The position numbers and the translations under genes were made by a program. Shown here one piece after another: positions 34,440-48,000 of a stretch of DNA of 64,000 nt. The DNA comes from Psammoneis japonica. Its lineage: Eukaryota. Location of the stretch: NCBI GenBank assembly GCA_008632985.1, contig QPGO01000015.1, positions 249,998-313,997 of the forward strand, given 5' to 3'. How positions within the stretch are numbered: position 1 is the first letter of the stretch; the number at the start of each line of letters is the position of its first letter. The notes below the pieces were generated by a model, which was not told where the DNA came from, did no database searches, and saw only the letters and a program-made list of their open reading frames with translations.

Positions 34440-37400
34440 GCTGGTTAGAACATGAAGCATGGAACCACATCGATCAAGCTCAGTTCATTTCAGTGCACCT
34501 TGATTGAATTTTCACACTGGAAAGGTCTCAACAACACAGCAGAGATAAAAAGCTGGTGCTGGAATCACATGAAGAGGACATTGACATTCATTGTGTGGAA
34601 GCTTTTGATCTCAAGGTTTTTCTGCCCCCCCAAGCTTGGGAGAGGTTTAAACCCCCCACCCACCCACCCCCCACCCCACCAGGCCTTTCCCACATGAAAA
34701 TTGCTCGAGTTTGGTCAAGACCACTTGGCCAGCCCCCCTGTCTGTCATCGGAAGAGTGTGTGTCCTTTGACACCAAAGACTGATCCATCTCCTGCATTGT
34801 CAATGCAAATTGTCTAAAGGCTGGGATGCCTTGGCACTTGGGTGTTTCTTTTGACAATTGGGCGGGGGAGCAAACTGACAAACTTGGACAAACATCAGAA
34901 ATCTGCACCCCACACCAGAACTCAACACAATCCAATGGTCAGCAACAACTTCAATGCCCAAGGAGTGGCACTTGGCTGTCATGGAGAAGTTGAAGCAAAA
35001 AAGACTGGAGCTCAGGCTTTCTTGCTCTTTTGATGCAAACCCTTGAACAAGCAGCTCAAGGATTGCACATGCAACCTGCACTGGGGCTGCCACACAAGCA
35101 ATTTCCACACTGCATTTGATGCTCAGGAGAGTGCCCAGGGGGCTTCTCTTGTTTTGTGGTGTCAATGCTGCCATTGCTTAAAATGTTGGTTGCTGGCAGT
35201 GCCTTGTGCAGATTTGCCAAGGCACGTTGTCAAAGAAAAAAATCATGATGGCCTTCTGCTGGGCCACCACCAAATTGCAAGCCAAGAAGGCAGTGGTGCA
35301 GTCAGGGCACCAGCGGCACACTCAAATTGGCACTTGTTTTTTCAGTCAAGTGCCTTTGTTTGTGGTTTGTTGTTTGGCATCTGTGCCTTGAAACAACAGC
35401 CTGCAACATGTTTTGACTTTTGACAAGAAAATCAAACAACAGCCAAATTTTTACACCCCTGGGACTGTGCTCTCCACAGGTGTCACAATTTTTCAAAAGC
35501 CAACCAAGTTGGTCACTGTGGTTGCAACTCTAAATTAACACTCACTCATTTTTGCCACAAATCTGGCATTGCCAAGCTGTCATTCAGGTTGACACTTTTT
35601 TTTCAGCGGTCATGGATTTGCAATGTGTTTTATTTTGTGGCCCAGCATCTCATTCAAAGTTGGCTTGCATGTTTGGAAGAGCTTCAGCTCAGTTGCCCAC
35701 TGCATGTTTTTTTCATTTTTGCTGATTTCATGTTGTTGTTGCATCAGGCACCACACAACTCAGCCACCAATCCATCATTTGCATGAGACAGTGGCACATC
35801 CCTGCTGCAATCTGATGTGTCCTCATCACACACCTGACAACAATGACAAGACTCTCTCTTCAAAACAAACTTCTTGTTGAGCCAACCCCATTTTGATGGA
35901 CAGTGCAGCTGCACACTTCAATCTTTTCCTTCCATCCAGTGTCAGTTGGCACTTCAGAGCCCAGCTCACACAGCAACAGCCATGCTGTCATTCAACCCCT
36001 GTCATCATTCATGCTTCTTGTTGCCAAGAGTGCTCATCAAGAACCAACTCAACCTTGTTGTTGCATCATTGCAATTTGACAAATTCCATCACCAACCTAG
36101 ATCACGTCACATGGGTCTGTCTCTGCACTTCATTCAGCACCACTTTGAAGCTGCAAATTGACAACAAGCACACCACAAACATTTTTTGGGGGCACCAAGT
36201 CATCAAGGCTGGCATGGCTGCAATTTGATTTTGTGTTTTTGTTTTGGTCTGGGCTTGCACACAGCACTCTGTTTTGGCAGTGGCAGTGGATTTCTCTGTG
36301 CCAGTGAATGCCAAAATATGTCCACTGTTTGGGCTGCTCTTCTCCTGTTTGCTCTGTGAATGCATCAGTTTTGTCCATTGCAGAAGATTGCAGAGGGTCA
36401 TTTGGAGGCCACACTTGTCAAAGTGCTGGCACCAATTTGCTTGTTGGAGATCAGGTGGGCATTGTTCTGCATGCACCCAACTCCAGGACCCAGGCTGCAT
36501 GAGTGGCAGTTGCAACCAAGGATTTGGCAAGAGAAAACACATTTGACATTGAGACTTGGTGCAGAGGTTGGCACAGATGATTGACACCACATTGCAATGA
36601 GAGCTGTGTCATTGAAAAAATTGGCCATGAAGACTCACTCAACAACTCACAGCAGGAAAGCTTGACAAGGCCGCAAGCCTCCAAGAATTGTGTGGCATGC
36701 AATCAGCACAGCTCAACTTCACATTTCACATTTCTAACTCACATGCAAATCAATCCTCCCATGAGATCCATTTTTGCTTGAACTTTGGATCAGAGCAAAT
36801 TTCTCCATTCTCCTCAAGCCATTTCACCCCTGCCAAACAACTCCATGTTTCTGGCATTCCCACTCAGTGCACTCTTTTTGAAGTTTCACTCACCTGTTGC
36901 CACCCAGCAATGAAAACTTTGAAAGAGTCACTCTGGAGTTTAGAAATCCCAGTCTGCTGCTGTTCTTGGGAGCAAGGTGACACAGGGGGTCACAACACCA
37001 CAGGATCAACCTTCTTGCAATGCCCAACCACAATTTTTCAGAGTGTCAGCTGGGGTTTGCCAGACACAACTGCCATGGCAGTGTCCTCAGCTTGCTGTCA
37101 TCAGGTTGGTTGGTGCCATTGTGGGGTCTTTTCACTTTGGAGTTTGAAAGTTCAAGTCTGCTGCAAGATTGACATTGCAATGCCCAGCCACAGCCCTTGG
37201 GGTGTCACCTGGGGTCTGCCAGATGCTGCCAGTGTCCTCCTCTCAGCATGCCATTGTCAGGTTGGTTGGCACTGTCATGGGGCCCTTGCACTTGCTGGAG
37301 TTCGGAAACTCATGTGCACTGCTGTTGGAGACAACAATGTGACATGCTGGGGGCACAACACCACAAGATCAGCCTTGCAATGCTCAGACACAGTTCTCAA

Positions 37401-40400
37401 AATGTTGCCTGGGACCTGCCAGATGCCAGATGCCACCACAGTCCTCAGCCATCATTTGTCAGGTTGGTTCTTGGTGCTGCCATGAATCCTTGCACTCTGG
37501 AGTTGGGAAAGTCAAGTCTGTGGCTGTCAAGGACCAGGTGACATGGGGCCACAATGTCACAAGATCAACCTGACAAAGCTGAAACACAGTTCTTAAAGAA
37601 GTCTCATCTCCCTGGCATGTGGCTCAACAGAGCTTTGTCACTCACAAGTGCTGGCAGCAAGAGCATGTGCTGGCACAGACACACACAGTGGACATCTGTC
37701 TTTTACATCATGCCACCAACATGCACGAAAGAGTCTTGAAAAATGATCTTCTTGGCTCAGACACATTGAAGCCAGAGCACCCAAGAGACTGTTGCTCAGC
37801 AAATGGCACATCTGTTGCCACCACAAAAACAATGGAGTCAACACAGACGATTCTCCTCCTCCAATGTTGTTTGTCTTTTTTGCTTCCTCCTGCTGCAGGA
37901 ACCCTTGTGGCATGAAATCTCAATGCAGCATGCATCCGCTGGTGGAAAACATGGTGAGACCACACAGCATCCCATCATGCTGCACTGCACACCAGCACAG
38001 CATGGTGTTGGCACCAAGAAAGCATGCAGCTCAGAGGGTGTGGCTCTGCATCAGGCACTTCCAGAAGAGGGTGCTGGAGTGTCTGTGCAAAGCATGCACA
38101 CATTGACTGCCCCCCAACATGGGCAAGATGCAGTGCTGACACAAGCAATGAGCGAGTGTTTGTGAGTGCACATCATCTGGGATTGGAGAAATGTGGAGCA
38201 ACTTTGATGTTGTCCAAAATGTGAACAAATGGGAGAACCCGTGCACCCCTGTTCACACAACTCTCTGTTTCCCCAGCTGCCAGCCAGTCTCACAATTGTC
38301 ACAGCAGTGCTTTTGTGACCCATCTGTTTTTTTTTCATCACCTGTCTGTGTGGGGTGTGGGGCAAAGCAACATTGCTCCCACAAAGTGCAAAAGGTTGCA
38401 AATCTCTGTTTTGACAGACAATGCCAGTCAACAAGGGCAATGGCTGCTGTGAAGCTAACCATGAAAAGCAGATCAAGCCACCAATTCTCCCTGAAATGTC
38501 CAGAGAAGAAGGATCTGCAGAAGGAAGAGCACCAGATGCAGAAGCTCTGCAGTGATCCTGGAGATCTGGGCACTGCTCCAACACACAAGCTGAGCCTGCC
38601 ACACTTCTCAGGTGGCTCTTGCAAAGAGCACCTTTGTTCATTTGAGCACAACTGGAGCAGCTCTTGAAGTCTCACCTGGGGTCCACCAGAGACCACCAAT
38701 GCCACTCTCAGCTTGCATTTGTCAGGTTGGTTGGTGCTGTCATGGGGTCCTCTCACTCTGGGGTTGGGAAAGTCAAGTCTGCTGCTGCAGGAAACAAGGT
38801 GACATGGGGCCACAATGCCACCATGAGATTGACCTTGCAATGCCCACGGCTCTCAAAGTGTTGCCTGCTGCAATCTGCCAAACACAGCCAGTGTCCTCAG
38901 CTTGCTGTTGTCAGGTTGGTTTGTGCCATCATGGGGGCCTTTCATGCTCTGGAGTTTGGAAGTTCAAGTGTGCTGCTGGCTGTTGGGGACAAGGTGACAT
39001 GGGGCCACACACCACAAGATCAATCTTGCAGTGCCCCCAGCCACAGTTCTGAAAGCACCACCTGGTGTCTGCCAGATGCTGCCAGTGTCCTCCTCAGCTT
39101 GCAACTGTTGGGTTGGTTGGCACCACCATGTGGTCCTTTCACCATGGAGCTGGCAAGAAGTTCAAGTCTGGTGCTCCTCCTGCTGAAACAAGGTGACGTG
39201 GAGCCACAACCAAACAAGACAGGCCTTGCACTGCTCTCAACCATGGTTGTTGCAGTGCAACCTGGGGTTCACAAGAGACCACCAATGCCCTCAGCTTGCT
39301 GCTGTTGATGCAGGTTGGTTGGCACCACCTTGGGGTCCTTTTGTTCTTGAGTGTTGGGAGTTTGAGCTGTGACAGAGCCCTGCAACTGCACAACACTGGC
39401 TCTCAGCACTGAACCACACTTCTTGGAGAGTGTTGCCTGGGGTTCACCAGGCAGAGACCACCAGCACCCTCAGTCTGCCATTGCTTCTTGTTGGGTTGGT
39501 TGGTGTGCCATCATGGGGGTGCTTCACTCTGAAGTTGGGAACTTCAAGTCTGTGTCAACCTGCCAGTGGGGACAAGGTGCCACACGGGGGACCACAGGCC
39601 ACAGCAGCACACAAGAGACTGTGCTGGCATGGGCAACCACTTGTTGGGAAGGAGGGGCTGCAGCATCCACATGTTTTCTCTGGGGAAGGCTGCTGCTCTG
39701 GCTCTTTGCAGGAACACACATGCAGCGCTGTGGCTGTGCTGACCCAGCCAACCTCTTGCTCAACCAGCTCCCTGTCTGTGACCTCGTGCCTGCAAGTTTC
39801 AGTCATGGTGAGAGTGATTTGTCACAAACAACCCAAAGCTTCAAAGAGAAGTTGAAGAAGTGAAAGGTTTTTTTAAACTTGCCACTTGCAAAATGATGCA
39901 GGAGGCAATGATCACAAGGCTGACTGGCTTGGCTCCATGGCTCAAAAAGGCATGTCTCATCACCACACAAAACAAGACAAAAACAAAGGATGCATCCAAA
40001 CAACACACAAACAATGATGGCATTGCAAGAAGGCACCAACAAAGCCCAGGACTCTGCACATGCTAACAAAGAAAAGCCATGTGGGAAAGGCAAGAGATCA
40101 GAAGTGTGACATGGGAGCAGGCAGCTTGCAGCAAACAACAAGCTGATGCTCTCCTTTTCCACTTTGTTCTTTGTTTCTTGAAACTCAGACAAGTTGACAA
40201 AAACAGCCAAGGACAAGAAACAAAGTGCTGCAACATTGCACACAGGTGAGCAGAAAGCAACAGCTTTGTTGTGCCATGCTTGCCAAAGAAGCCATGGCAA
40301 ACTGTCAATTTCTCTGCTGTCTTGCACTCTGCAAATGTGTTGCTGTCACATCTCACAATGAAAAGTTGTCACAAAAATTGGCTCTCTTTGGAGCACGAAA

Positions 40401-42920
40401 GATTCTTGGAGCATGATGCAATGCCAGCACGGCCAAGAACACCAAGATGAAAAACAGACTGCAAGAGGCAATGGGACAGACAATGGGATGTTGACTCATG
40501 GGGATTGAAGGCAACAGAATGACAGTGTGGGACAAAAGCATTTGTGAAATGAGAGCATGTGCAAAATGTCAAACATTGCCAGGGCAAAAAAAGAAAAAAA
40601 GAAAGAAAATTCCAATTTGCAAGTGCACATTGTGCAGAGCAGGAGTGTGTGGAAATTGACCTGAAGCACCACTCTGAGGTGCTGGCACCAAACCAAAGCA
40701 GCTGGCAACATGCTGAGCCTCATCAATGCTCAATTTAAACACAGGCTTGAAGACAACAAGCCAATTTCACAGCCCATGTGTCAAGGAGTGGGCAAGGTGA
40801 GCACCATCAGTGGAGCCCAGCAAATGGGGGCAATTCCTGGCAAGATGCTCATCCCTCTGAGCCCAAATGGCCTTGACTTCTGGCTTGGCATCATGTCTCT
40901 GCATGGATTTCCCAGTCTCACCATGTCACATCCATGTCCCACAAGCTTTGCATTGAGCCCAAATGCAATTGCCTGCTGCTGCCACCCAGTTGAACTTGCA
41001 ACTCAGAGAAGAATCCTCTGGACAATTCCAAGAAAAATGGTGGTCCTGCAGACATGCAAGCTGAGCTTCACTCCACTGAGTGGAAAAGCATCCATTGAAA
41101 ATGTGTCTCCAACCTGCCCTGTCTTGGGAAGCAGCCACCAAGCAAGTGCTGTTGTGCACATCATCTGTGCAAAGCAGCTCGCTGCAAAAAAAAGAGATTC
41201 CAGTGCTGCCAACAGAAGGTCTCAAAGGGGATGACAGGATTTGAACAAGATTTTGGTTTGTCACACATGATTGTGTGCACTCTCAGTTCTGCGTGTGACA
41301 TGTGATTTTGTTTGCTTTCAAGCCACTTGGCTTGCAAGAACAACAACAGCAATGCTGGCATCATGACACACATCTTTTGGCTCCTGTGATGGCATCTGTG
41401 CAGATGATGCTCATCTGCTGTTTAGACAGCATCAAGGAGTTGATGTTTTCTTCCACTCATTTCCTCTTCAATTTCTGTCAGGGGAGGAGATGTCATGTGA
41501 ATGTCGTCACACTTCTTTTGTGACCCCCAAAGAAACTTGTGCCTCCTCCGAGAACATGACCACAACTCTCCATGGGGTGCCAGCAGTGGATGCAACAGTC
41601 TGGTCTGGTGCAAATGCAATGGCGCACACTTGACACTCCAACGTTGTTGTCTGCAATTGTTGCACTGTGGCAAAGTTTAAAATGAATCTTGTCAAGGCCG
41701 TGCACTGTGAAGTGCCGAAGTTCATTGACTCCAGTTCCCCCCCCCCCNNNNNNNNNNNNNNAATTTTTGTAATTGTGAAATGTCATTTGTTCACAATGCA
41801 GGAGCACTTGACAAAAACACAGGCTTCTCATCAAGCAAATTTGAATTTTGAACAAGAGCAGCAGTTGCACATTCCAGACAAGACTGGCGATGGTGGTTGC
41901 TTTGCTTTGACATTTTTTTGCTTTGTTTTCATGCAAGAATGACCCAAGTCTCACATTGAGCATGGGGCCATTTCAGCCATGTTCCACCCACCACCTGCCC
42001 ATGCAGTGTGTACTTTGATTCACCAAGAAGTTTTCTGCTGAAGGACATTTGCAATCATGATCAGATGTGCCAATTTCTTCAAGTCGGGTTTTCGCTCAAT
42101 GATTCTGAGCTTCAGCTTTGAGACCTTGCTGCACTTTGTTCACATTTTTGCCTGCCCCAGATGCTGCACAAGCTTCTTCAAGTCACATGGCAAAGATTGT
42201 GGGGGGAGACAGCAGTTCTTCAGCTCAGCCAACAAAGGGGGCTGGAGAGGAGAGAACTTGATTCTTTTCTGTTTCAGCACCTGCCTGTCACCAGCACCTT
42301 TTCTTTGCATGCACACAGACCATGGCAGTCAGCCAAATTTCCTCTTCTGTTTTAGAGTGTGCTGCTCTCATGGCTTCTGTTCAGTCAGCAGAAACCAGCT
42401 TGTCAGTGACCATGTGAACGAATTTGCAAAAAGAGGCATCTTTGGAAAGAGCAGCTTGCTCCAACAAAATCCCTTGTTGCCCGCCACATGACAAATGCCA
42501 ACAGTGTGTGGTGGTGGTTGGGAAAAGTTGAAGCCATGTTGTCATTGTGGTCCTCAGTGGCAGCAGTGGCAGCCCCGTCAACAACCATCTGAAGGTGGCG
42601 ACTCACATCTGCCAAAAGTCAATGGGGGCAGCAACTCAGCGGGGCTTGAGAAAGCACACCTTGCTGCTCTGTGTGTGGCCACTCTTTTTTTAAGAAGCCC
42701 ATCACCTCAAGCTCAAAAGGAGAAACACCAGTTGAGGGTTCAAGACTTGCCAATTGCCAGAGCGCCCACTTTGATTCAAGCCCTCGGCCAACAAGAAGGA
42801 AGGTTCTTGCTGTGTGCACAGGAGAGCCCCCCCTCCCAACGAGAACAGCACACACCAGGAGGGATGGGGCATGGTTCTTGCTGGCCAGAGAGCGTGCAGT
42901 TGTCTTTGCTCCAGGCCCAC
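34440..42920. mobile_element. Large heavily decayed repeat block lacking both TpA and CpG (contains an N gap at 41748-41761)
   Basis: TG/CA-saturated sequence; almost Tyr-free, Cys/His-rich spurious ORFs; internal ~190-bp repeat family. Confidence 0.65.
36925..39600. repeat. Degenerate ~160-200-bp tandem repeat array, interrupted at ~37600-38660
   Basis: Core (CA)GGTTGGTT recurs at ~37102, 37258, 37460, 38723, 38912, 39110, 39311 and 39493, usually followed by CACTCTGGAGTT..GAA.TTCAAGTCTG and CAAGGTGACATGGGG.CACA. Confidence 0.8.
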
Positions 42921-43326
42921 TCTACACAGCCAGCTAGAGACCTCTTCTCTGCCTGCTGTACAGCAGAGCACCGCAGGCCGCAGGACTGCCGCGCCAGTTA
43001 GTTTGAGAGATCATGATGTATGCTGCGACGCACGGACTGCAGTGCCACACATTTCGGTAAATCTTGTTCATCATCCAACATCATCGCTGAATTGTTACAC
43101 GCAGTGTCTACGTACTTTCGGCATTTGAAAATGTGATGCTTCTTTCATGAGTAAAGATCCTAAATAGTATAAACCTATATTCATGGATACGGTAGTCATT
43201 ATTGAGATTATCATTCGACCAGCCAGTACATACCGTATGCATAGTCTACAGTAGGTATCGTGGATTATGGCTCCCACTCTTGTCCAACTGCCAACTGCCA
43301 CTTTTTTCTCCAGCGAAACATGCACC

Positions 43327-43818
43327 ATGAGAAAAAGGTTACTCAGCATCCTTACTGTGGTCCTGCACTTTAGTGAATCATGCCATGCTGCCGTCGGTGA
43401 ATGTCTTTCTGTAAGCCCTGATCATTCAAGTTACTTTTGTATTGACAGCACCGCCACCCCACCGCGGAAATGCGAAAATAAGCATAAGAATTGTGAGAAG
43501 TGGGCGAACGACGGCGAATGTAAGAAGAATCCAGGTTACATGCTCAATTCGTGTGCACAAAGCTGCGAATCGTGCATCAACTTGCATGTAGGAGAGACGC
43601 AATCTGCCGATGATGCCGAAACGGCCCGCGCAGTTCTGAAGAGACTTTTGCAAACACAACAGTACATCGAAAAGCATGCACCGACTTCTGAGAAATGTCA
43701 AAATATGCACGAGTTCTGTACGCTTTGGGCTGTGAAGGGAGAATGTGAAGAAAGAAGAGCCTTTATGCAAAAGGAGTGTGCGCCTGCTTGTCGAACCTGC
43801 CACCTTCTTCAAGGCTAG
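43327..43818 (+). CDS. Secreted protein with two ShKT domains
   Basis: Signal peptide; CENKHKNCEKWANDGECKKNPGYMLNSCAQSCESC and CQNMHEFCTLWAVKGEC...CAPACRTC. Confidence 0.88.
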   Translation: MRKRLLSILTVVLHFSESCHAAVGECLSVSPDHSSYFCIDSTATPPRKCENKHKNCEKWANDGECKKNPGYMLNSCAQSCESCINLHVGETQSADDAETARAVLKRLLQTQQYIEKHAPTSEKCQNMHEFCTLWAVKGECEERRAFMQKECAPACRTCHLLQG

Positions 43819-43943
43819 AAACTTGTGATTGCTTGGAGATATTATGCCTTCTGTTGAAACGTGGTGCGCTTTGCAATTTTCGGATACTATAGTGCTACAT
43901 TTTCAAAGCACACTGTGCTCATACATCTTACACTGTAGGCCAC

Positions 43944-44779
43944 CTATCGTCGGCGTTTGAATTTCTTTCTGCTGCGAACGGAATGTTGTTTACGAGCTGC
44001 TCTCGACTGTTGTGGGGACACTTGCTTTTTGATCTTTGTCGTCAAACGTGTTGGATCGAACATTGCGTCCATGAACATTTGTGGGTTTTGAATCGCTTCA
44101 GAATCTTCCCGTACTTCTAACATCAAGGGTATCCGTCGTCCTTTTGCGTAAACGATAATAAGGCCGCGAAACTGCTCGACCGCTCCGTTGTGATCTTGCA
44201 TAATTTTCTTTGTTTCAGAAGCAGTTGGGTCGAGGTAGATATCTCCAAGATGGTATTCCATCGGTTTTGTTGACAGAGTCACCCAGGGGAGATTGTGTAC
44301 CCACACCTTCACAATCCCAGAGTGATCTAAGGCTAGTTTTGACACAAGGCTCTTGGGAAACTTTGCTGCAAAAAAGTTTACTGCCGCGGCCACCGTCAGA
44401 CCAAGATAACCGATCGTCGGACTCATGTGCACGGACTCTAGCGGTGAAGAATTAATGGCTGGAATAAAATCCAACACATACCAAAGCCAGTAAGCGGAAT
44501 GAAGCGTGGAAAACCCGAGTACGACTCTTGGGTACAGCCATCGCTCAGGAGACCGATTGTAGAAGACGATATCCTCGTCTGCATGGTCGTTTTGACATCG
44601 GACGACGAGAAGAAGCGATGTCGTATTGGCAATTGAAAGTTTGGCAAAGCCATGGGCCTGGCGAATGCGAAATGTGATTCCGAGAAGACCCTTCGAAAGG
44701 AGGCTGGTTTTGCGTCCCATGCGAAGCCACGAGCTATGAGGCTTCTTGATATTATTTTGTTGTGCACCCGAAAACGCAT
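43944..44779 (-). CDS. Probable mitochondrial two-TM membrane protein; apparent 1-nt frameshift near 44592
   Basis: Presequence-like frame MRFRVHNKII...RFFSSSDVK joins NDHADEDIVFY if one A is added to an A4 run. Two TM helices follow. Confidence 0.6.
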
Positions 44780-45087
44780 ACTTTACTGTCTCCTCTCAGC
44801 GTCTACCAAGAATGATCGGCTTATGCAGTATGCCGTTCAGAGTAGCAAGAGTAGTCCAAAGTGTGTATGATATGATGTGACACTGAAGACAACTTGGTGT
44901 CTTCAATCTGTTGAATCATCTGGAGGAGTCAGTCGTCCGGCGCGAGGCGACGAGATGAGCGAGAGGTGCGTGCGTGCGTTTTCGCGTGGTTGGAAGGCGT
45001 CATGATGCGACGTGAAAGTGTTCGAGGTGCCTTGCCCGCTTCTGCGATGAACGATGAACATCAACATTTCACCGGGAGATTAGGAAA

Positions 45088-48000
45088 ATGGACTGGACAG
45101 CAGCCAAAGCGGGTGGCGAAAAGAGCTATGGTGCAACGGAAGACGCCGCGCAAGCTGCGAGCCACGAAAGCGAAGCCCTTGTTGGTGAAGCCATCATTAC
45201 AACTGATAACGAGGAAGAATCACCGAAACGCAGTGTCAGGAACTCGAGCAACCGCCGATCCTCTCCTTGGTGGGGCTTTGGCGTTGTGGGTGATTTTTTC
45301 CGCAATTTGCACCGGAATCACCCCGTTGGCCAACTGACGCGAGTCTTTCTTGTCATCGGCGTGGTGATATGTATGTTCAGCCTTGGATTGGTCTTATCAT
45401 CCGGCAAGTCAGCCGTCAATGAGACAACGAGCAGCACCTTCCATCGGCCTTTCACTAATCCATTCGAAAAAGTGGATAGAGCATCGTATAGCCAGCCGGC
45501 TTCCAGTATTGTGAATCCGGAGTTGTTCCATCCTCTTCTTCTGTTCAATGCTTCGGCGCAGCCCAAAAGACAGAAATCGATCTCGCCACTGCTCAACGTA
45601 CCGTTTCCAACTGGAGCCTTCTGGACCAATCTTGTGCTGCAGACTACATCGGATTTTGGCTTGTCTTTCCCTTGCGTAGCTTACCCATATGCGTTTAAGT
45701 GGTCTGAGTCGTTCCTACAAGCATCGTACCCGGCACTTCATCGAAAGATAGAGCGACTCGCAATCCGTGACAGTTTTATTCCCGACATGAAGTTTTCGAC
45801 GGCAGAAAATGTGATCAAGCGATATGTGACGGCATTTGATTCACTCAGTGTCACCATTCGTTTCCTCACTGATGGAGGTGGGTACTGGGAAAGCTGTCTT
45901 GTTCAAGGTAGCCCGTATATTACAGGTAAGTTGATGAACTTTTGTGAATGATTCTGAATTCTGGCGTGGTTCAACTGTTTGACCTTGCAACGTTGGATTC
46001 TCAGTGAAGTATCAAGAAGCGACCCCGATACTGACCGCCCTCTCCACATTCAATAAGGTTGTATGTCCTATCGATGCAGACGGCAACTACAACGACGGAA
46101 CTGCTTCAGGCCTTCGGAATAACAGTTCGAACGTGCTTCGTGGAATCAAGGGCACCGTCTGTAGATTGTTGAAAAAGGTGAGGACAGCGGCCACGCTATA
46201 CCCTCTCTTCTTGTGAATGTGTCATTCACTCATTTTTGCCGACCCGATAACCCTGAAAGAATGGAAGTGATTCCTCAGAGAAAGATGTTGTGTTAGCTGG
46301 TGTACAGTTCCTTCTTCAAACACAAGAAGGAATATCCTGGATACTATTTGCATCTGAACCAATCACTTTGAAATTCAATACAATTCAAAGGACAAAGGTC
46401 ATGGTAAGCGATCGTTTTTCAGGTGTACTTCGTCTAGCACTGGTTCCTCCGTCGCCGGGAGAGGATAGTACAACTGGCAGTGCCCCATTTTCTACTTCGA
46501 CTGGCTTGCGCCGACTCGTGTATCATTCTCGAGTCTATCCAGTCGGTGGCAGCGTTTCATGGAGCTTTCAAACCTTGTCCCGGTCGTCGCCTTCTCAAAA
46601 TGGACTAGCGCAAATATCTGGTCGCTTGGAGGGCGTTACAGCCTCGAGCATCCCTACACAGCGGGTCGGGACGATTCGTTTTCAATTCAAAACAAAAGAG
46701 ATGAATCCGGATTCGGCCCCAAACAACTCAGAGGAGGAGTTGCTGATGCTTTCTTTACCGCACCATACCGAATCGCTTAGATCAGATGTTCTTCTCCCAC
46801 TCGATCAGTTTGATTTCGTGTACATGACCATCAAAGGTCAAATGACTCCTGTAATTGGTGACTCCTGGGCATACGAAGAACCTTTAAATCCAATTGGATT
46901 CGACGATATGGTAACAAACAAAAGACAGCCAGAAGATTTGCGGAGCATCCTTATGCAGAGTGTCCAAAATGATATCAAGATCAATCTGCCTACGTTGGAT
47001 GAAAATATCTACGGATTTGGAAAGCAGGTTGCCCGTCTCGCCCAGCTTGCTCATATTGCAAATACCATCTCACCAGTCACAAACGAAACAGCTCATGGTC
47101 GTCGTCAAGCCGACAGTTTGGTTGAGATAACACAAAGTGCCGTTCGGTCTTTGCATTCCCTCCTTACCAAATTTCTACGTGGCGACGTTACGGATGGACT
47201 TCTCTTTGACGGTAACTTTGGTGGATTGGTGACGAAGGCTGGCCTATTGAACTCTGAGGCAGACTTTGGGAACGGATGGTAAGTGTTATCGATAGACGTG
47301 AAGTGCATGTCTTTCGATCATGAACGCTGTCAAGTGGTTCCTTAGTCCTGCGTTTTGCCTTGCCGTAACGCAGGTATAACGACCATCATTTCCACTACGG
47401 GTGAGTTTTTGCTGCGGCCCTCATGGTGGTAGCATCATCATCGTCGAAATATCGCTCATTAGCAGTGGCCATGCCTCTTTTCTACTCTCTTCAGATACAT
47501 TCTCTATGCTTGCGCTGTATTGGGAAACATCAATCGCACTTTCGTGGAAGAATACAGCTCTTACGTCGATGCTATTCTCTTTGACGTGGCTCACGACGTT
47601 AACATGGATTCCAATGAAGGAGGGGATGCATTCTTTCCACTGGCTCGTCACAAATCTTGGTTTGACGGGCACTCCTTTGCTTCCGGTCTTTTTCCTTTCG
47701 CAAATGGCAAGTCACAAGAGAGCTCCAGTGAAGCAGTAAACTGTTACCTTGGAGCGTACCTTTGGTCGTTGGTTAGATTCGGGATCCAAGATACCGCTGG
47801 TCAGGCTCGTACTGATTTTGCAAGACTGTTGCTCGCCACTGAAATTCGCGGGGCAAGAAAGTACTGGCACATGTTGCCTCCAAATGATGATGGTGCAGAA
47901 AATTCTGCCGCGTACAAGGTTCCGAAAATCTATGATTCTACCTTCTCGAAAAATTACATGGTGGTACGGACAAGCTAGTAATTTCTTTTTTCCCCTCACC

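Noticed and set aside
36925..39600. CRISPR-like repeat-spacer array
   Set aside because: Eukaryotic context, no cas genes, and the similarity extends across whole ~190-bp units with no unique spacers.
41748..41761. N run after a poly-C tract
   Set aside because: Assembly gap, not biology; contiguity across it is uncertain.
34440..42920. Dozens of overlapping Cys/His-rich ORFs that look like metal-binding proteins
   Set aside because: They are a by-product of TpA loss: TAA/TAG stops vanish and Tyr becomes Cys/His. They appear in all six frames with no domain coherence.
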